A DNA stretch of 64,000 nt, from contig AP026125.1 of the NCBI GenBank assembly GCA_030295235.1, forward strand, positions 124,001 to 188,000, given 5' to 3'. Source of the stretch: Fistulifera solaris. Its lineage: Eukaryota. Shown here in pieces: positions 1-12,623 of the stretch. The notes below the pieces were generated by a model that was given only the letters and a program-made list of their open reading frames with translations, searched no databases and was not told the DNA's origin. The position numbers were made by a program, and so were the translations under genes. How positions within the stretch are numbered: the first letter of the stretch is position 1; each line of letters opens with the position of its first letter.

Positions 1-150
1 TTGTAAGCTTCTCTTTTCGAACCGTATTGAACGCAGTTTCATCTTTTCTTGCATGTTGCGCCGCATCCTCCGCCATGCAACATGCAAACGATGCAACAAG
101 CAACGAACGTAAAAAAAGAATGGAAGGAACGCAGTTCAATTTTAATAATT

Positions 151-2564
151 ATGAAATCTCTTCCAGTTCTTTTACTTCCGTTCTTGCTACAAGCTACCTC
201 GGCAGAGTTATTGCGTGCTGACAAGGCAACAAACCGCGAAGGAAACGATGAAAGCGTGAAGACAGCGCGAGATTCGAAAGCACCTATCCGCAACCGACGT
301 CTTTTCAATGTATTCAACTTGCAATCGCTCTTGGATGACACGACAAAAACCGAAGAAGTCATTGATGACTCGTCATTTGAGTCGGGTCGTAGCTACTTCA
401 ACCTTTTCACCAACATTTTTACTGGCGAACGTGAACCGAGTGAGTCACCCGCGAACGAAAAGCCTGCGAATGAGAAGCCGCCCGCGGACAGCAAAGAGGA
501 GGAGAAAGAAGAAGAAGTCGTGCCGAAAGTAGAAGACACGACTCTGGCTCCGACGCGCGCCCCTGTGGAGAAACAGACAGTTCAGCCGGTCACCGCCGAG
601 AAGGTAAAGGAAACAGCGAAAAACTTTCTGGAAACGTATACCGGAGGTTGGGTGCCCAAACCGGAAGGAACCTATTCGGAAATCTTCTTGAGTGTGTTTG
701 CTGCTCGTACGGTGAATCCTACAATCTCGCCGGCTCCTACGATGTCTCCTGCCCCGAGCGCTGTGCCCACAATTCTTCCGGTTGCTGGTACGGAAGGACC
801 CACAACAACTGTATTCCCTACGACTGGACCCACAACCGCTCCTTCTTTGATTCCATCTTCGCAAATTCAAACAGTTCCCCCATCCGTCTCAGTCCCTCCG
901 TCACTCGCGCCGAATGATTTAAGCGGTGCACCGACTTCGAGCTTTTCCCCGACTTCGAGCCAATTGCCTACGTTAGTAGGAACTGGAAGCGAGGATCCAA
1001 CTCTTTCGCAAGTACCGACAAGCCTTTCGCCTTCGACATCTTTGGCGCCTTCTCTGGTGCCAAGTTCGAATATCATTGCCTCGATTAAGCCTTCCGTGTC
1101 GGCAGCTCCTTCCATTACCGCGCTGCCATCCGCATCGAGAGCACCTTCGTCAACTGCACAGCCTTCTGGATCGGTGCAGCCTTCTCGATCATCACCTCCG
1201 ACTGTTTCGGAATCTCCTTCCGTGTTGCCCACAAGCAACAGTACTATAAGTGTTCCCCCTAGTTCGGGTCCCACTACGACAATTGCTCCCTCTCTCGCTC
1301 GTGTCGAAGGAGGCTTTACGACCGAACTCAATCTGGATCAAGTGCCCGAAGCATATCGACAAGTGTTTACTGACGCCGCTGCGCGGTGGGATACAGTCAT
1401 CGTGGGCGACTTACAGGACTTTGTCATGACCGAAGCCGACCGCGCTACGGCAGGGTCACGTTGTGATGCTTCCACGATACCTGATGTTATCGATGATGTG
1501 TTTATTTGTTCCAGCCTTCCCAGCATAGACGGCGCCGTGGGAATCCTCGGTTCAGCCGGCCCTCTATTAGGTTTGTTTTGATTGAAGAGATTGCTTTGTT
1601 TTGTTGTGTTGAACAGCGAAAATTTTCGCTCGATTTTTCCTCTTTTTAGCTCCAAACTCATTTTTATTCGTTCTTCGCAGCTCGAAGTGGAGAAATCTTG
1701 CAGACATCTGTCGGATATATGCAGTTTGATTTGGCAGACATCGATATTTTGAATGAAAATGGTCAACTTGCCGGGACAATTGTAAGTTCGACCTTAGATT
1801 TTCTGTCTTAACCCTAACCCTAATTTGTTTTGCAGTGACTTCTTTGTCGTAACCCCTAACCCTAACTCACCGATCATTTTTCCACTTTGTTCAGCTCCAT
1901 GAGATGGCACATGTGGTGAGTAGTCTCAATTCAAGTTCATGACTTTCCTGTCGCAACATATTTGTCTCACTTCAGCGGCTATTGCGTCGTATTCCTTCTG
2001 CAGTACGGCATCGGTACGCTATGGGGACCCAACTCTTTGGTAGAAAACAACGACATTTGTGCGTATCGCTACGATTCTAAGGCTAGTGAAGAGTATCGTG
2101 CCTTGAGTGGATGCGACGGAGCTGTTCCCATTGAAACTGACGGAGCCGAGGGAACGAAATGCTTGCATTGGGATGAAGATTGCTTTCAATCCGAACTCAT
2201 GACGGGTGTCAATACAGGTAGCCAAGAACTCTCACGCATCACCGTAGCGGGCTTGGAGGATTTAAGTTACACGGTAGATTACAGTCAAGCTACGCCTTAC
2301 CCGTCGTCTCTGTTGGCGCCCAGTTGCAACTGCAATGCGAATCGCAACTTGAACGAGGATGTTTTCTTCAATGAGCGACGACAATTACAGACAGAAACTA
2401 CCACAGCGGCGAGATTGAATGCGATCGATTATGGACGTTCCCAGCTGCGATCGTTTCGAGCTGCTGCTTTGGGCGGCAACTCTGTATACTTAGGTGACAA
2501 GGTGATTGTTGTGTTGTATTGGGATGATGGGGTAAAGTCCGTCGTTGTTCGGTCTGATACCTAA
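151..2564 (+). CDS. Secreted leishmanolysin/M8-like zinc metalloprotease with Pro/Thr/Ser-rich stalk (copy 1)
   Basis: Signal peptide MKSLPVLLLPFLLQATSA. Exons inferred from GT-AG sites: 151-1570, 1681-1781, 1895-1915 (LHEMAHV), 2004-2564. Spliced motif HEMAHVYGIG, then CLHWDEDCFQSELMTG (third His and Met-turn). Confidence 0.85.
1809..1866. repeat. Short telomere-like CCCTAA tracts in intron 2 of copy 1
   Basis: taaccctaaccctaa (1809-1823) and taacccctaaccctaac (1850-1866). Confidence 0.55.
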
Positions 2565-3026
2565 TGTGTGACTGAAAGAGTTACAGAATACATAGGTAGA
2601 ATAGTGATATTTGTTTTCAGGTTTCTATTGCATTTGCTTCGTCAAATAATTGTGTCTTCGTTTTCATTTATTACTGAGTAAAAAATACTCTACTCCGAGT
2701 AAAAGGTTATACAACTATACAACGGGTCGCTTCACTCGGGACTCGACTAATTACCTGTTCAACACCAAAGCTACTGTAGGGTGTATTGTACTATATCCTT
2801 GTACAGCTGTCAAGCATAATGTGAGCCATGTGTCTTACCGCTATCACCAATGTACATTATATCATAGAGTCCCGAAGTGGATGCCGTTGCGCGGTTTGAA
2901 TTTTTTTGGCGGAACGCCTTGCCTTCACATTTTGGAAGTTGAAAGCCTCGGCTTTTTCATCCTTGATCGCGAAAGAACCGAACGCCACCTGCAATAATTG
3001 CCAATGAGAACAGAATCATAGCCAAG

Positions 3027-5181
3027 ATGAATACTAAGAGCGCCCTACTTATCCTTTCTGCTCTTACGACTATGTCGTCGGTATCTGCTAAGACCACAAG
3101 ACGAAGCGGCTATACGGTGCAACGCGGAGAGAACGATTCCGCTCGCCGAAGGCAGCTGAAGAAATCCAAATCGCATTCGGTCGATAAAGAACACAAGTCA
3201 GATTTAAAATCGAGTTCACGGCCAAGTGTAGTGCCAACACAGGCACCTGTCGCAACTCAACCTGTAGCGCCTTCTCCACAATCAACGTCGAAATCGAAGA
3301 AGCTTGATGATCGTCATGAGTTAGGCAAGGGCAAAAAGCGAAAGGTACCGAAACAAGAAAGCTCTAAATCGAAAAAACTAGACGATCGAGAAGAGTTGGA
3401 CAAAAATAAAAAGAAGAAGAAATCACGCAAAAAGTCTAAAGAATGCCAGAGTTTAGAGGAAGAAGACGAACCGACAACATCGCCCACTTCTTCACCGAAA
3501 AAGAAATCCAAGTCGCATTCAAAAGAAAAAGGCAGAGGTAAAGCTTCGTCTCCTGTAACATCGCCAACGCAACAACCTTCCAAAGGCCTTTATTACGTGG
3601 GTAAGCGAGAGAAGTTGAGCAAGGATTACCCAGAGACGGATTGTGTTACATCTACGACAAGTCCAGTGACATCGCCAGTATCTACATCGAGCCCGTTGGC
3701 ATCTTCAGTCATTACATCAAGCCCACTGGCGTCTTCTGTGACAACACCCAGTTCTCTCCATCCGCCTACGAGCAGTCCAACTGCTCTCAAAACCGCAGCA
3801 CCTACGGCTCCTCCGCAACCCGACACTGCGCCTCCTACTCTATCCCCAATCAAATCACCGACACGAGCTCCCAATCCTCCTCCTGTAAAGCCTCCAGTGA
3901 CACCTCCTGTGCCGCGCCCTGTTCCACGACCCGTAGCTCCTCCTGTACCGAGACCTGTGCCTCGTCCGGTGGCTCCTCCCGTTCCACGCCCTGTGGCACC
4001 TCCTCCAATCACCGCCGGAGAGTTTGAAACGACTCTAAATCTAGACCAAGTACCTGATCGTTTCAGATCAGCATTCATTAATTCCGCAACAATATGGGAC
4101 AACGTCATTGTTGGAGATATGTCGGACTTTGTGGTGGACGCTTCTGTACTGAACAGCCCGAATTTGAATTGCGATACGTCGACGTTGCCGGACGTAATTG
4201 ACGACATTTTCATTTGTGCTTCGGTCCAGCCGATCGACGGGCCGGACTCCATCCTGGGGACAGCCGGGCCCACATTTTTCCGCTTTGAAGATACGATTAC
4301 TTCTACAATTGGCTTTATGAATTTCGATGAAGCTGACATGGATCTTCAGCGGGAAGAAGGCACTTTACAAGGCTTGATTGTAAGTTTCTCGACATTCAGG
4401 TGTATTGTTGTGCTCTCAAACAATATTCTAACACTCTGTTCTTTTAACAAACTGTTAGCTTCACGAAATGGCCCACGTCGTAAGTTGCAGATAGCGTGTC
4501 CAACTCATTCCTTTACATACTATCATTTCTCACTCGATTTTTCCTTTTAAAATCCAGTATGGATTCGGCACATTGTGGGACTTGAATGGCCTTGCCGCGG
4601 CAACAGCTCCGTGTCCATACAAATCGGATTCTCGTGCGAGTGAAGAATATCGAAAACTAAGTGGCTGCGATGCCTCCATCCCTGTCGAACAAGAATTTGG
4701 TGCCGGAACGGCATGTTTGCACTGGGATGAGACTTGTTTCATGGGTGAACTCATGACAGGTTCCAGTTCCGATGGCTTGGAGTTGTCCCGTTTCACAATA
4801 GCTTCTTTAGAAGACCTGGGCTATACAGTCGATTACTCGAAAGCGACTGCCTTTGATACTTCCCAAATGAGTCCGAGTTGCGTCTGCAACAATCGGAGAC
4901 AGTTGAGAGGTAGCCACGACCGTGGTATTTTCTCGTATCAAAACGTAGGCAACGTTCCACAATGGGCATCGGACGCGCAGCTTCGATCGCACAAGCCCCC
5001 ACTCAGCGAAGAGGGAAATCGAATTGCCCGAGCGCACGGTTTATCCATTTTAAACGCCAACCATGAGTGGAAAAAAGCGTATTTGAGGGACGACTTGGCG
5101 GAGCACTATGTCGGTGATCAAATCATCGTTGTCCTTTACATGGAAAATGGGTATAAATACTCTGTGATGGTGAAGAGGTAG
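3027..5181 (+). CDS. Secreted M8-like metalloprotease with Lys/Ser-rich and Pro-rich (PVPRPVAP) N-terminus (copy 2)
   Basis: Signal peptide, RRRQL. Exons 3027-4379, 4459-4479 (LHEMAHV), 4558-5181. HEMAHVYGFG and CLHWDETCFMGELMTG. Confidence 0.85.
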
Positions 5182-5673
5182 TAGATGCCATGATGTCACC
5201 TGTAAATTCCTAGCTTTTTTCGTTTTTGCGAATCAACCGTAGCTGCCTTTGAAGCAGCTTCTCATGCGACAAACACAAAATACAGCTAAAACGTAGTAAG
5301 CAAGAATGCATTACCGAGAAATAAGTCGTCGGTTTCTCTAACCATAGACTGCATGCCTATTATTATTTGTCATCGCATGCATTTTTCTTCGATCCACCGC
5401 CGCCTTTCGTCTTGCGTGAAGTTGCAGTCACGCGTCATTTGTCATTGTTGAGTCACGTGTCGAAACAGGGCGCGCGCTAGGAGCGAATGGTTGTGTACTC
5501 TGTAGCCCAGTTTCGAGTACCGGTTTTCGTTGTGGCGAATTTTTGGCCGTAACGGCTCACTTTTTGGCGCAAAACAAAAACCTCGTCACAAACATCCGAA
5601 GACAAAGTAAAATTCAAAAACACACGCCTTCGTCAGGAACAGGTATCTTGTTCTTGTGATTTAAATAACAAAC

Positions 5674-7917
5674 ATGAAGGCCGAGCAACTTTTATCAGTT
5701 CTCTTAGCCGTGTCGAGCTTTTCCGCGGCGCAAGCCCGGCATGTGCGAGCATCACTTCGTGCTGATCGCAACCTCAACGTTCAGGTTGTCAATGACTTGA
5801 TGTACTTAAAGAAATCGACTAAAACAGACTCCACAAGTAAGAAAACAACAAGAGGGAAAGGAACGGAAACTTCGGGCAAGGGCGGAAAAGGTTCGCAAAC
5901 AACCTCCAAAACGACAAGTCAGAAAACATCCAAAGGCAAAGGGTCGGCATCTTCATCACCATCACCCACTATGCCATCTTCGGGTAAAGGCAGCGGCAAA
6001 GGCAGCGGTAAAAAGAGCTCAAAGGTTTCCATGGATGAACCCACCGCGGCTCCAACTGTGCATCCTGCTTGTTCTCCGAGTCCAATTGTGTCAATATCGA
6101 CCGAAATGCCCTTAGCAGCACCCACCGTTCCTGTACCGAGTCCGGTTGTTGTCCCCGCTCCAGTGCCTGCACCGACTCCGGTTGCTGCTCCAGTTCCTGT
6201 ACCGACTCCTGTCGTTACACCTACTGTTTCGCCTTCCGCTATTTCGGAGCCAACTGCGACACCACAAGCTGAGATTACGGATGCTCCGACAACCGCCAAT
6301 CCGACAGCAAGTCCGACGACATCTGAACCCTCTGTCACGGCTTCACCGACATCGACTGACACGGAAAGTCCAACTGCAAGTCCTACGACGCCCGAACCAT
6401 CGGTCACAGCCTCTCCTGCACCTTCACAAGCAGTGACCGGAACTCCCTCGCAAGAAGCGACTACCAGTCCCGCGCCTACAATCACTTCCTTCCCCACCAT
6501 AACAGCAGAACCTTCTTCAGCAGTTACAAGCGCACCATCACAGGACAATTCCAGCCCCGAGCCTACTTCTACTGTCGCTCCATCGCCCGCTGGAACGTCG
6601 GAACCTTCACTAGCAGTCACGGATCCTCCCTCCGTAGATAATTCGAGTCCAGAACCAACACCGGTACCAATCTCCGAATTCGACACGACGCTTGGTCTCG
6701 AACAGGTCCCCGATCGATTTCAATCGTCCTTTATTGACGCAGCGAGGATCTGGGATACGGTGATTGTCGGGGATATGCCAGACCTTGTTGTGGACAGTGA
6801 TGTCTTGAACAGCCCCAGTTTGAACTGCGATCCTTCAACATTGCCTGATGTTATCGACGATATCTTCATTTGCGCCAGTATAACACCTATTGACGGGCCC
6901 TTCGGAGTTCTTGGAACAGCCGGCAAGTCTTTTCACAGTTTGGGTTAATTTGGCTTCGTATTGACCGGCAACTCACACAACGTTTCTTTTTTGAAGGCCC
7001 TCAACTTGCTCGCTTTGGTGATACGATCACAGTTACTGTCGGCGGAATGAACTTTGATGAGGCTGACATGGACTTGCAACTCGAAGCCGGTACTTTAGAA
7101 GGCCTAATTGTACGTTGACTGATGCTTTTATGTCATTCAATAAGCTTTGTTCACTAACACAATGATACTCTTTGTTAACCGACTTGCAGTTACACGAAAT
7201 GGCACATGTGGTAAGTTTGCTGCAGCACGAACGTAATAATTCAATGAACTTGGTAGTTTCTTACACAGTCGCGTTCGCTTTCAGTACGGATTCGGTACTT
7301 TGTGGGCGTTTAACAATCTTGCTCCACAAGCGCTTCCATGTCCATACAGTTATGATTCCCGAGCCAGCGAAGAATATCGATTGCTAAGTGGGTGCGATGC
7401 TTCTATACCAGTGGAAGATGATTTCGGTGCTGGGACGCAGTGTTTGCACTGGGATGAAGATTGTTTTTTGGGTGAGCTCATGACAGGATTCAGCACGGAC
7501 GGCTTAGAGTTGTCAGTCTTAACGGTTGCCGCCCTGGATGATCTTGGCTACACGGTGGACTATTCAAGAGCGGAACCTTATGATACGTCCAAGATGAGCC
7601 CGGATTGCGTTTGTAACCGGAGAGAGCTACAAGGCACACCAGAGAAAGACATACCTGAAGTGTTTACCTACCACAACGTGGGTAAACTTCCCATATCGCA
7701 CATCAGCACAACCAGCAGTTCTAGTCTTAGGCCACCGCTCAGCGAAGAAGGAAATCGAATTGCGAGGGCTCACGGAATGGCCATCTTGGACGCAAACCAC
7801 GAGTGGAAGAACGCTTACCTCAAGGATGAGCAAGCTGATCAATATATTGGTGATCAAATAGTTGTTGTTCTTTACATGGAAAATGGCTACAAATACACAG
7901 TCATGGTGACAAGATAA
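5674..7917 (+). CDS. Secreted M8-like metalloprotease with KxGK-rich and PTS-rich N-terminus (copy 3)
   Basis: Exons 5674-6922, 6997-7109, 7190-7210 (LHEMAHV), 7285-7917; the first intron is GC-AG. CLHWDEDCFLGELMTG. Catalytic domain closely resembles copy 2. Confidence 0.85.
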
Positions 7918-8622
7918 CGACATGTCTATACGCGTGAACGAAAGCGTGCTAAGAGTCATAGAATCATAATCGCAGACCGAGGTCGCACTTGTGAAATAGT
8001 TTGTTATTAAATGGAAGGGCGTCTTTTGTGGAGGAAGGGAGTTTGTTATTGTTATTTACATGAAATCGGGAACTCCTTCAAAGCAAATATAGAATTCCAA
8101 TGTAGCGCAAACCTCTCAGAATTAGTTTGATAATGGTTAGTTTGAATGAGGGGGCCCTAGGTGTGGCATTTTTTCCGCATTTGACCGGAAGGACGTTAAA
8201 ATTCTGCCTCTCAGTACAAGTTCCTACGTAAAGCCTACGGCGAGGCAGAATTTTAACGTCGTTTCCCGTAACAAGAATGTGAGCACGTGCTTCCAATCTC
8301 CTCAGTAGTTTCCAGAATCTTACCGGTACACATTTATCTAATCCGCAAAACCCATTTGAAAATCAAACTAGCGGTACTGAATTGACTATACGCTCAACAA
8401 GTAAACTCAAAAATTCATCGCGGATGCGTTGAAAAGAAAAATTGCCTCACAAATTGATCGATCTTGTAGACGACCATCGGAGAGCCGGCCATAACACAGA
8501 AACGATTCAAAGCGTGCCGTTGAATAAGAACATCTTGTCTTCTGACACCCGAAACTCACGAGTTCTTTTACATTGACGATTGATATCGCAAAACCGTTAT
8601 TAAAGCCAAAGTCAGAACCACC

Positions 8623-11494
8623 ATGGTTCGTTCTATCGAAAACATAATAGTGCTGGCGACAATTGCCTTGACTGCCGCATGGGGATACGACTTGAGTCAA
8701 GATATTGGATTGGAAGGCACGAGTCGATCGTCGGTAACAAGGCCTTCGCACGAGCAACTCATTCAACAACGCCATCTACAGCAAACAGTTGCCGAGAAAG
8801 TGAAAGCGGCCATCGAGCTTGCTGCCGCCGAAGCACATGACGACGACCATACTCCCTCGCCAACGAATTCATTTGAACCCACTTATCAAAGCGGCAAAGG
8901 AGAGACGAGTGCAAAAGCCAAAGGCAAGAAAAGTGGCAAGGGCAAAGGCGATTCAAGTGACAGTGACGACACTCCCTCCGACTACCCCACTTATTTGCCG
9001 ACTAGCACTGCTATTCCAACAGGCACAGCATACCCGACGACGATTGAATTGAAGAGTAAGAAAAGTGGCAAAGGAGAGACGAGTGCGAAGAACAAAGGCA
9101 AGAAGAGTGGGAAGGGTAAAGGCAATTCTTCAAGTGACAGCAATGAGACTCCGTCGGATTACCCCACCTTTGTGCCTACGAGCTCAGCTATCCCGACAGG
9201 AACAGCATACCCGACAACCGAATTGAAAAGTAAGAAAAGCGGCAAAAAGGTGAAAACAGTGCCAAAACAAAAGGCAAGAAGAGTGGCAAGGGCAAAGGCA
9301 ATTCTTCAAGTGACAGCGAGGACACTCCCTCCGACTACCCCACTTATTTGCCGACTAGCTCAGCTATCCCGACAGGAACAGCATACCCGACTACTGAGTT
9401 GAAAAGTAAAAAGAGCGGCAAGGGTGAAAATAGCGCGAAAGCCAAAGGCAAGAAGAGTGGAAAGGGCAAGGGCGAATCGAGTGACAGCGACGACACCCCT
9501 CCGACTTCCCCACTTTTTTGCCCACTCTTCTGCCTACTAGCTCAGCTATGCCAACAGGCACAGCATATCCGACGACTGAGTTGAAAAGTAAGAAAGGCGG
9601 CAAAGGCGAAAGAAGTGGCAAGGGCAAAGGCGAAAAAAGTGGAAAAGGTAAGGGTAAGGGTGATTCAAGTAGCAAGGGCAAAGGTGAAAAAAGCGACAAG
9701 TCAGGCAAGGGTGAGAAAAGCGGAAAAGGTCAAATGAGCAAGTCGAGTAAATCAAGCAAATCAAGCAAGAAGTCTTCGAAAAGAGTGCCTCGCCGGCTCC
9801 TTCACTAAGCCCAACGGCAATTTCCACTGAAACAGAAGGTCCGTCAATATCATTGAGCCCAACGACGTCTCCCAGTGTGTCAGCAAGCCCTTCGGTAATC
9901 TCTCCGTCTACTCTTCCATCAGTCGCGCGAACTTTTGCACCGTCTGAGGTTGTGTCAACTTCCCCCTCATCTCAGATTGTCGAAACTGCCAGTCCCGCTC
10001 CAACAGAGGAAGAAACCATAACGTCAGCTCCCACTGCCGCTCCTAGTATCGGTACACAGAGTCCAAGCGCTGACACCCAAAGTCCGAGCTCAACACCGGG
10101 TCCAAGCACCGACACGCAGAATCCAAGTGCCGCGACCGAAAGTCCGAGCTTAACTATAAGTGAGGCACCCTCAGCTGACACGCAGAGTCCTAGCGTTTCT
10201 GCTGAACCCACCACCACCGTAGTTCCTACAGCTGTCCCCACTACAACAGTCAGCCCAAGTGGTACGCCTTCGGAATTTCCATCCATCATTCCTACCGTAT
10301 TTCCAGAGTGAGATTCCATCAACTGAACCTTCGGCCGATGATGGTAATTTGAGGGAAGCCAGTTTTGAGACAACCCTTGATTTATTCAATGTAGATGAGA
10401 GGTATCAGGATGCGTTTATTGTGGCTGCCGATCGATGGGGATCGATTATTGTTGGAGATCTGCCTGGTCTTTCCGTGACGGACGATACACGAGATGGTGT
10501 GTCATGCGAAAGTTTGCCTGACACGATCGACGATATCTTTATCTGCGCCACGGTGGGCGACATTGATGCTATCAGCGGAGTGCTGGGCTATTCGCAACCG
10601 GAATATGGGGTAAGGCTGGATGGTAAAATCATTCCTGTTATTGGGAGTATGACTCTTGATAGTGCTGATATTGATGATTTGATTGATTCGTCACTTCTCG
10701 AGTCTGTTATTGTAAGTATAGAAGACAAAAGCAGTCACTTCTGATACCATCATGATCTCACCTGGAATTTCGCCCTCCTTTATCAATGAAGACGCACGAA
10801 ATGGGTCGAATTGTAAGTGTCATTTTGGCTGCGTGCCTTATACTTGCTGCAATAATTACGATGACTGACATGCCGTTTGTCTTTTCAGTATGGAATCGGT
10901 TCCTTGTGGACGATGAATGGATTAGTCAAAGAGACCGACTTTTCGTCGTGCTCTTATGCTGCTTCCTCGAAAGCCACGGCTGAATACCAGGAGCTGAGTG
11001 GATGCGACAAGCCCATTCCACTCGAAGGCTGTGGCTTCACGGACAAGACATGTTTCAAAAAGGAAGTCATGACGGGCTACGAAGGGGGTAAAGTTGTGTT
11101 GTCGAGAATGACCGTGGCTTCCTTGGAAGACATGGGATACACCGTCAAGTACGATGCCGCGGATGACTACGGTGTCGAAGATATGGACCCCAGTTGCGTG
11201 TGCGCGACGACATCGACGATTACAATCGGTGATGTCGGCATCACAAAAGTTGAGCGCAACAGACCGACGGTGCGAAAGCTCGGAACGGGCAAATTTGAAT
11301 CGAACCATGCGCATTTAAGTCTCAGTGGTCGCTTGGAGGCAGAAGCTTTCGGTTTGGAACTCTTGAAAGCGGCCAAGCGGCGGAAAAAGTATGTCATTGA
11401 GCGTGAAGGATTTGTCTTCCTCGCGGACCAAGTGGTCTCTGTACTGTATAAGGAAAAAGGACAAATATACGGCGTCGAAGTTCGAAGCGAATAG
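8623..11494 (+). CDS. M8-like protein, probably catalytically inactive, with Lys/Gly/Ser-rich tandem repeats (copy 4; frameshifts in this sequence)
   Basis: Signal peptide and QRHL. Exons 8623-10711 (several frameshifts), 10792-10812 (THEMGRI), 10889-11494 (YGIGSLW...EVMTG). The HW motif is absent. Confidence 0.75.
8889..9600 (+). repeat. About four coding tandem repeats of ~175-180 nt
   Basis: Unit KSGKGETSAKAKGKKSGKGKGDSSDSDDTPSDYPTYLPTSxAIPTGTAYPTTELKSK recurs near 8889, 9061, 9236 and 9411, with a partial unit at 9593. Confidence 0.9.
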
Positions 11495-11888
11495 AAATGC
11501 TTCGGCACCGCCATTTTTGTCTATAATTGTGTAGCGCAACTGTAAATGTAATCACCAGCTATTTGTGAAATTATTTGTCATATGTATTGTATCATTCAAA
11601 ACGCCCTATACACAGTGATCATTGAGAGGCTAGCTAAAATGTGTTTGATTACACTACTTAGGACAGCTACGAATAGACTGATAAACGTCAAGCAAACGTT
11701 CCTCCAAAACAAAGAAGAGTCAACCTTCTTGCTTCACTTAAGACGATCGTTTCATAGGTTGCTAGTCATCTATTCATGACGTCAAAATTCTTCAATTCAG
11801 TTGAAAACAGTCTCCTATCGTCGGCGTCTTCTTAGAAAAAAAAAGTCTCTCTTTCGAGTCGTACTACTACATCTGACATTTTCCGTCA

Positions 11889-12623
11889 TTATCGCATCCC
11901 AGTTTCGGGCGACACATCCTCCCGCTCTTCATTCTCATCTACCACCGTCTCGGCGACCGTATCACCGTCTTCTTCCCACATCACCGGCCGTTGTCGTCTC
12001 CGTGGTGGAGGTGGCGGCGGAGGAACTGTCGTTGACAACCACATGAGAAGACACGCATTGATAAACCAAGTGACGGAAGAAAGAATCGAAAAGGCCCAAA
12101 TCCAGGACCGATTCTGACAAAAGAAATCATAATCCGTCGTGTTTTCTTCTTCTTCTTGCGGTGCCAGTGTCGTGTTGGTATCCGCGTTGTTGCTAGTATC
12201 CGTCGTTTCGTTACACACGGTCGTCAAGGCAATCACAAAGACCGACCACATCATGACACCACTGCACACAAACGACAAGAGGGACGAAGTTAAGAGCGCC
12301 GTCGAGGTCGGTTGTTGTTGTCGATACAATTCGTTCGTTTGTTTCACCCAACACGTCGAACACGTATATAAAATGACTATCGTAAGACCCAAGACGGTGG
12401 CAAAGAAATCAAACGACAGAAACGTCATGCTGAACGACAAAAGGTGAGTCCCTGACACGCGTGGATGGTGCGTTTCCGGCGTTGGCGTTGCAATGATCCG
12501 GGGAGTCTGTGGTATATTTGCGTCGTTGAAGATAGAAGAGGATCGTGGATAGAAATAAACATAGAAAAGTTGTGTAGAAAAAAGAAGAAGGATGTGCATG
12601 AGAAGCGAAGACTGAATTCGCAA
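11889..12623 (-). CDS. Hypothetical multi-pass membrane protein
   Basis: 244-aa ORF with 3-4 hydrophobic segments, an N-glycosylation-rich loop and a poly-Pro/acidic tail. Start uncertain. Confidence 0.5.
   Translation of the reverse strand: MRIQSSLLMHILLLFSTQLFYVYFYPRSSSIFNDANIPQTPRIIATPTPETHHPRVSGTHLLSFSMTFLSFDFFATVLGLTIVILYTCSTCWVKQTNELYRQQQPTSTALLTSSLLSFVCSGVMMWSVFVIALTTVCNETTDTSNNADTNTTLAPQEEEENTTDYDFFCQNRSWIWAFSILSSVTWFINACLLMWLSTTVPPPPPPPRRRQRPVMWEEDGDTVAETVVDENEEREDVSPETGMR

Noticed and set aside
445..10389. Long minus-strand ORFs over the protease stalks (e.g. 3626-4339, 5919-6686)
   Set aside because: Antisense shadows of Pro/Thr/Ser-rich, stop-poor coding sequence.
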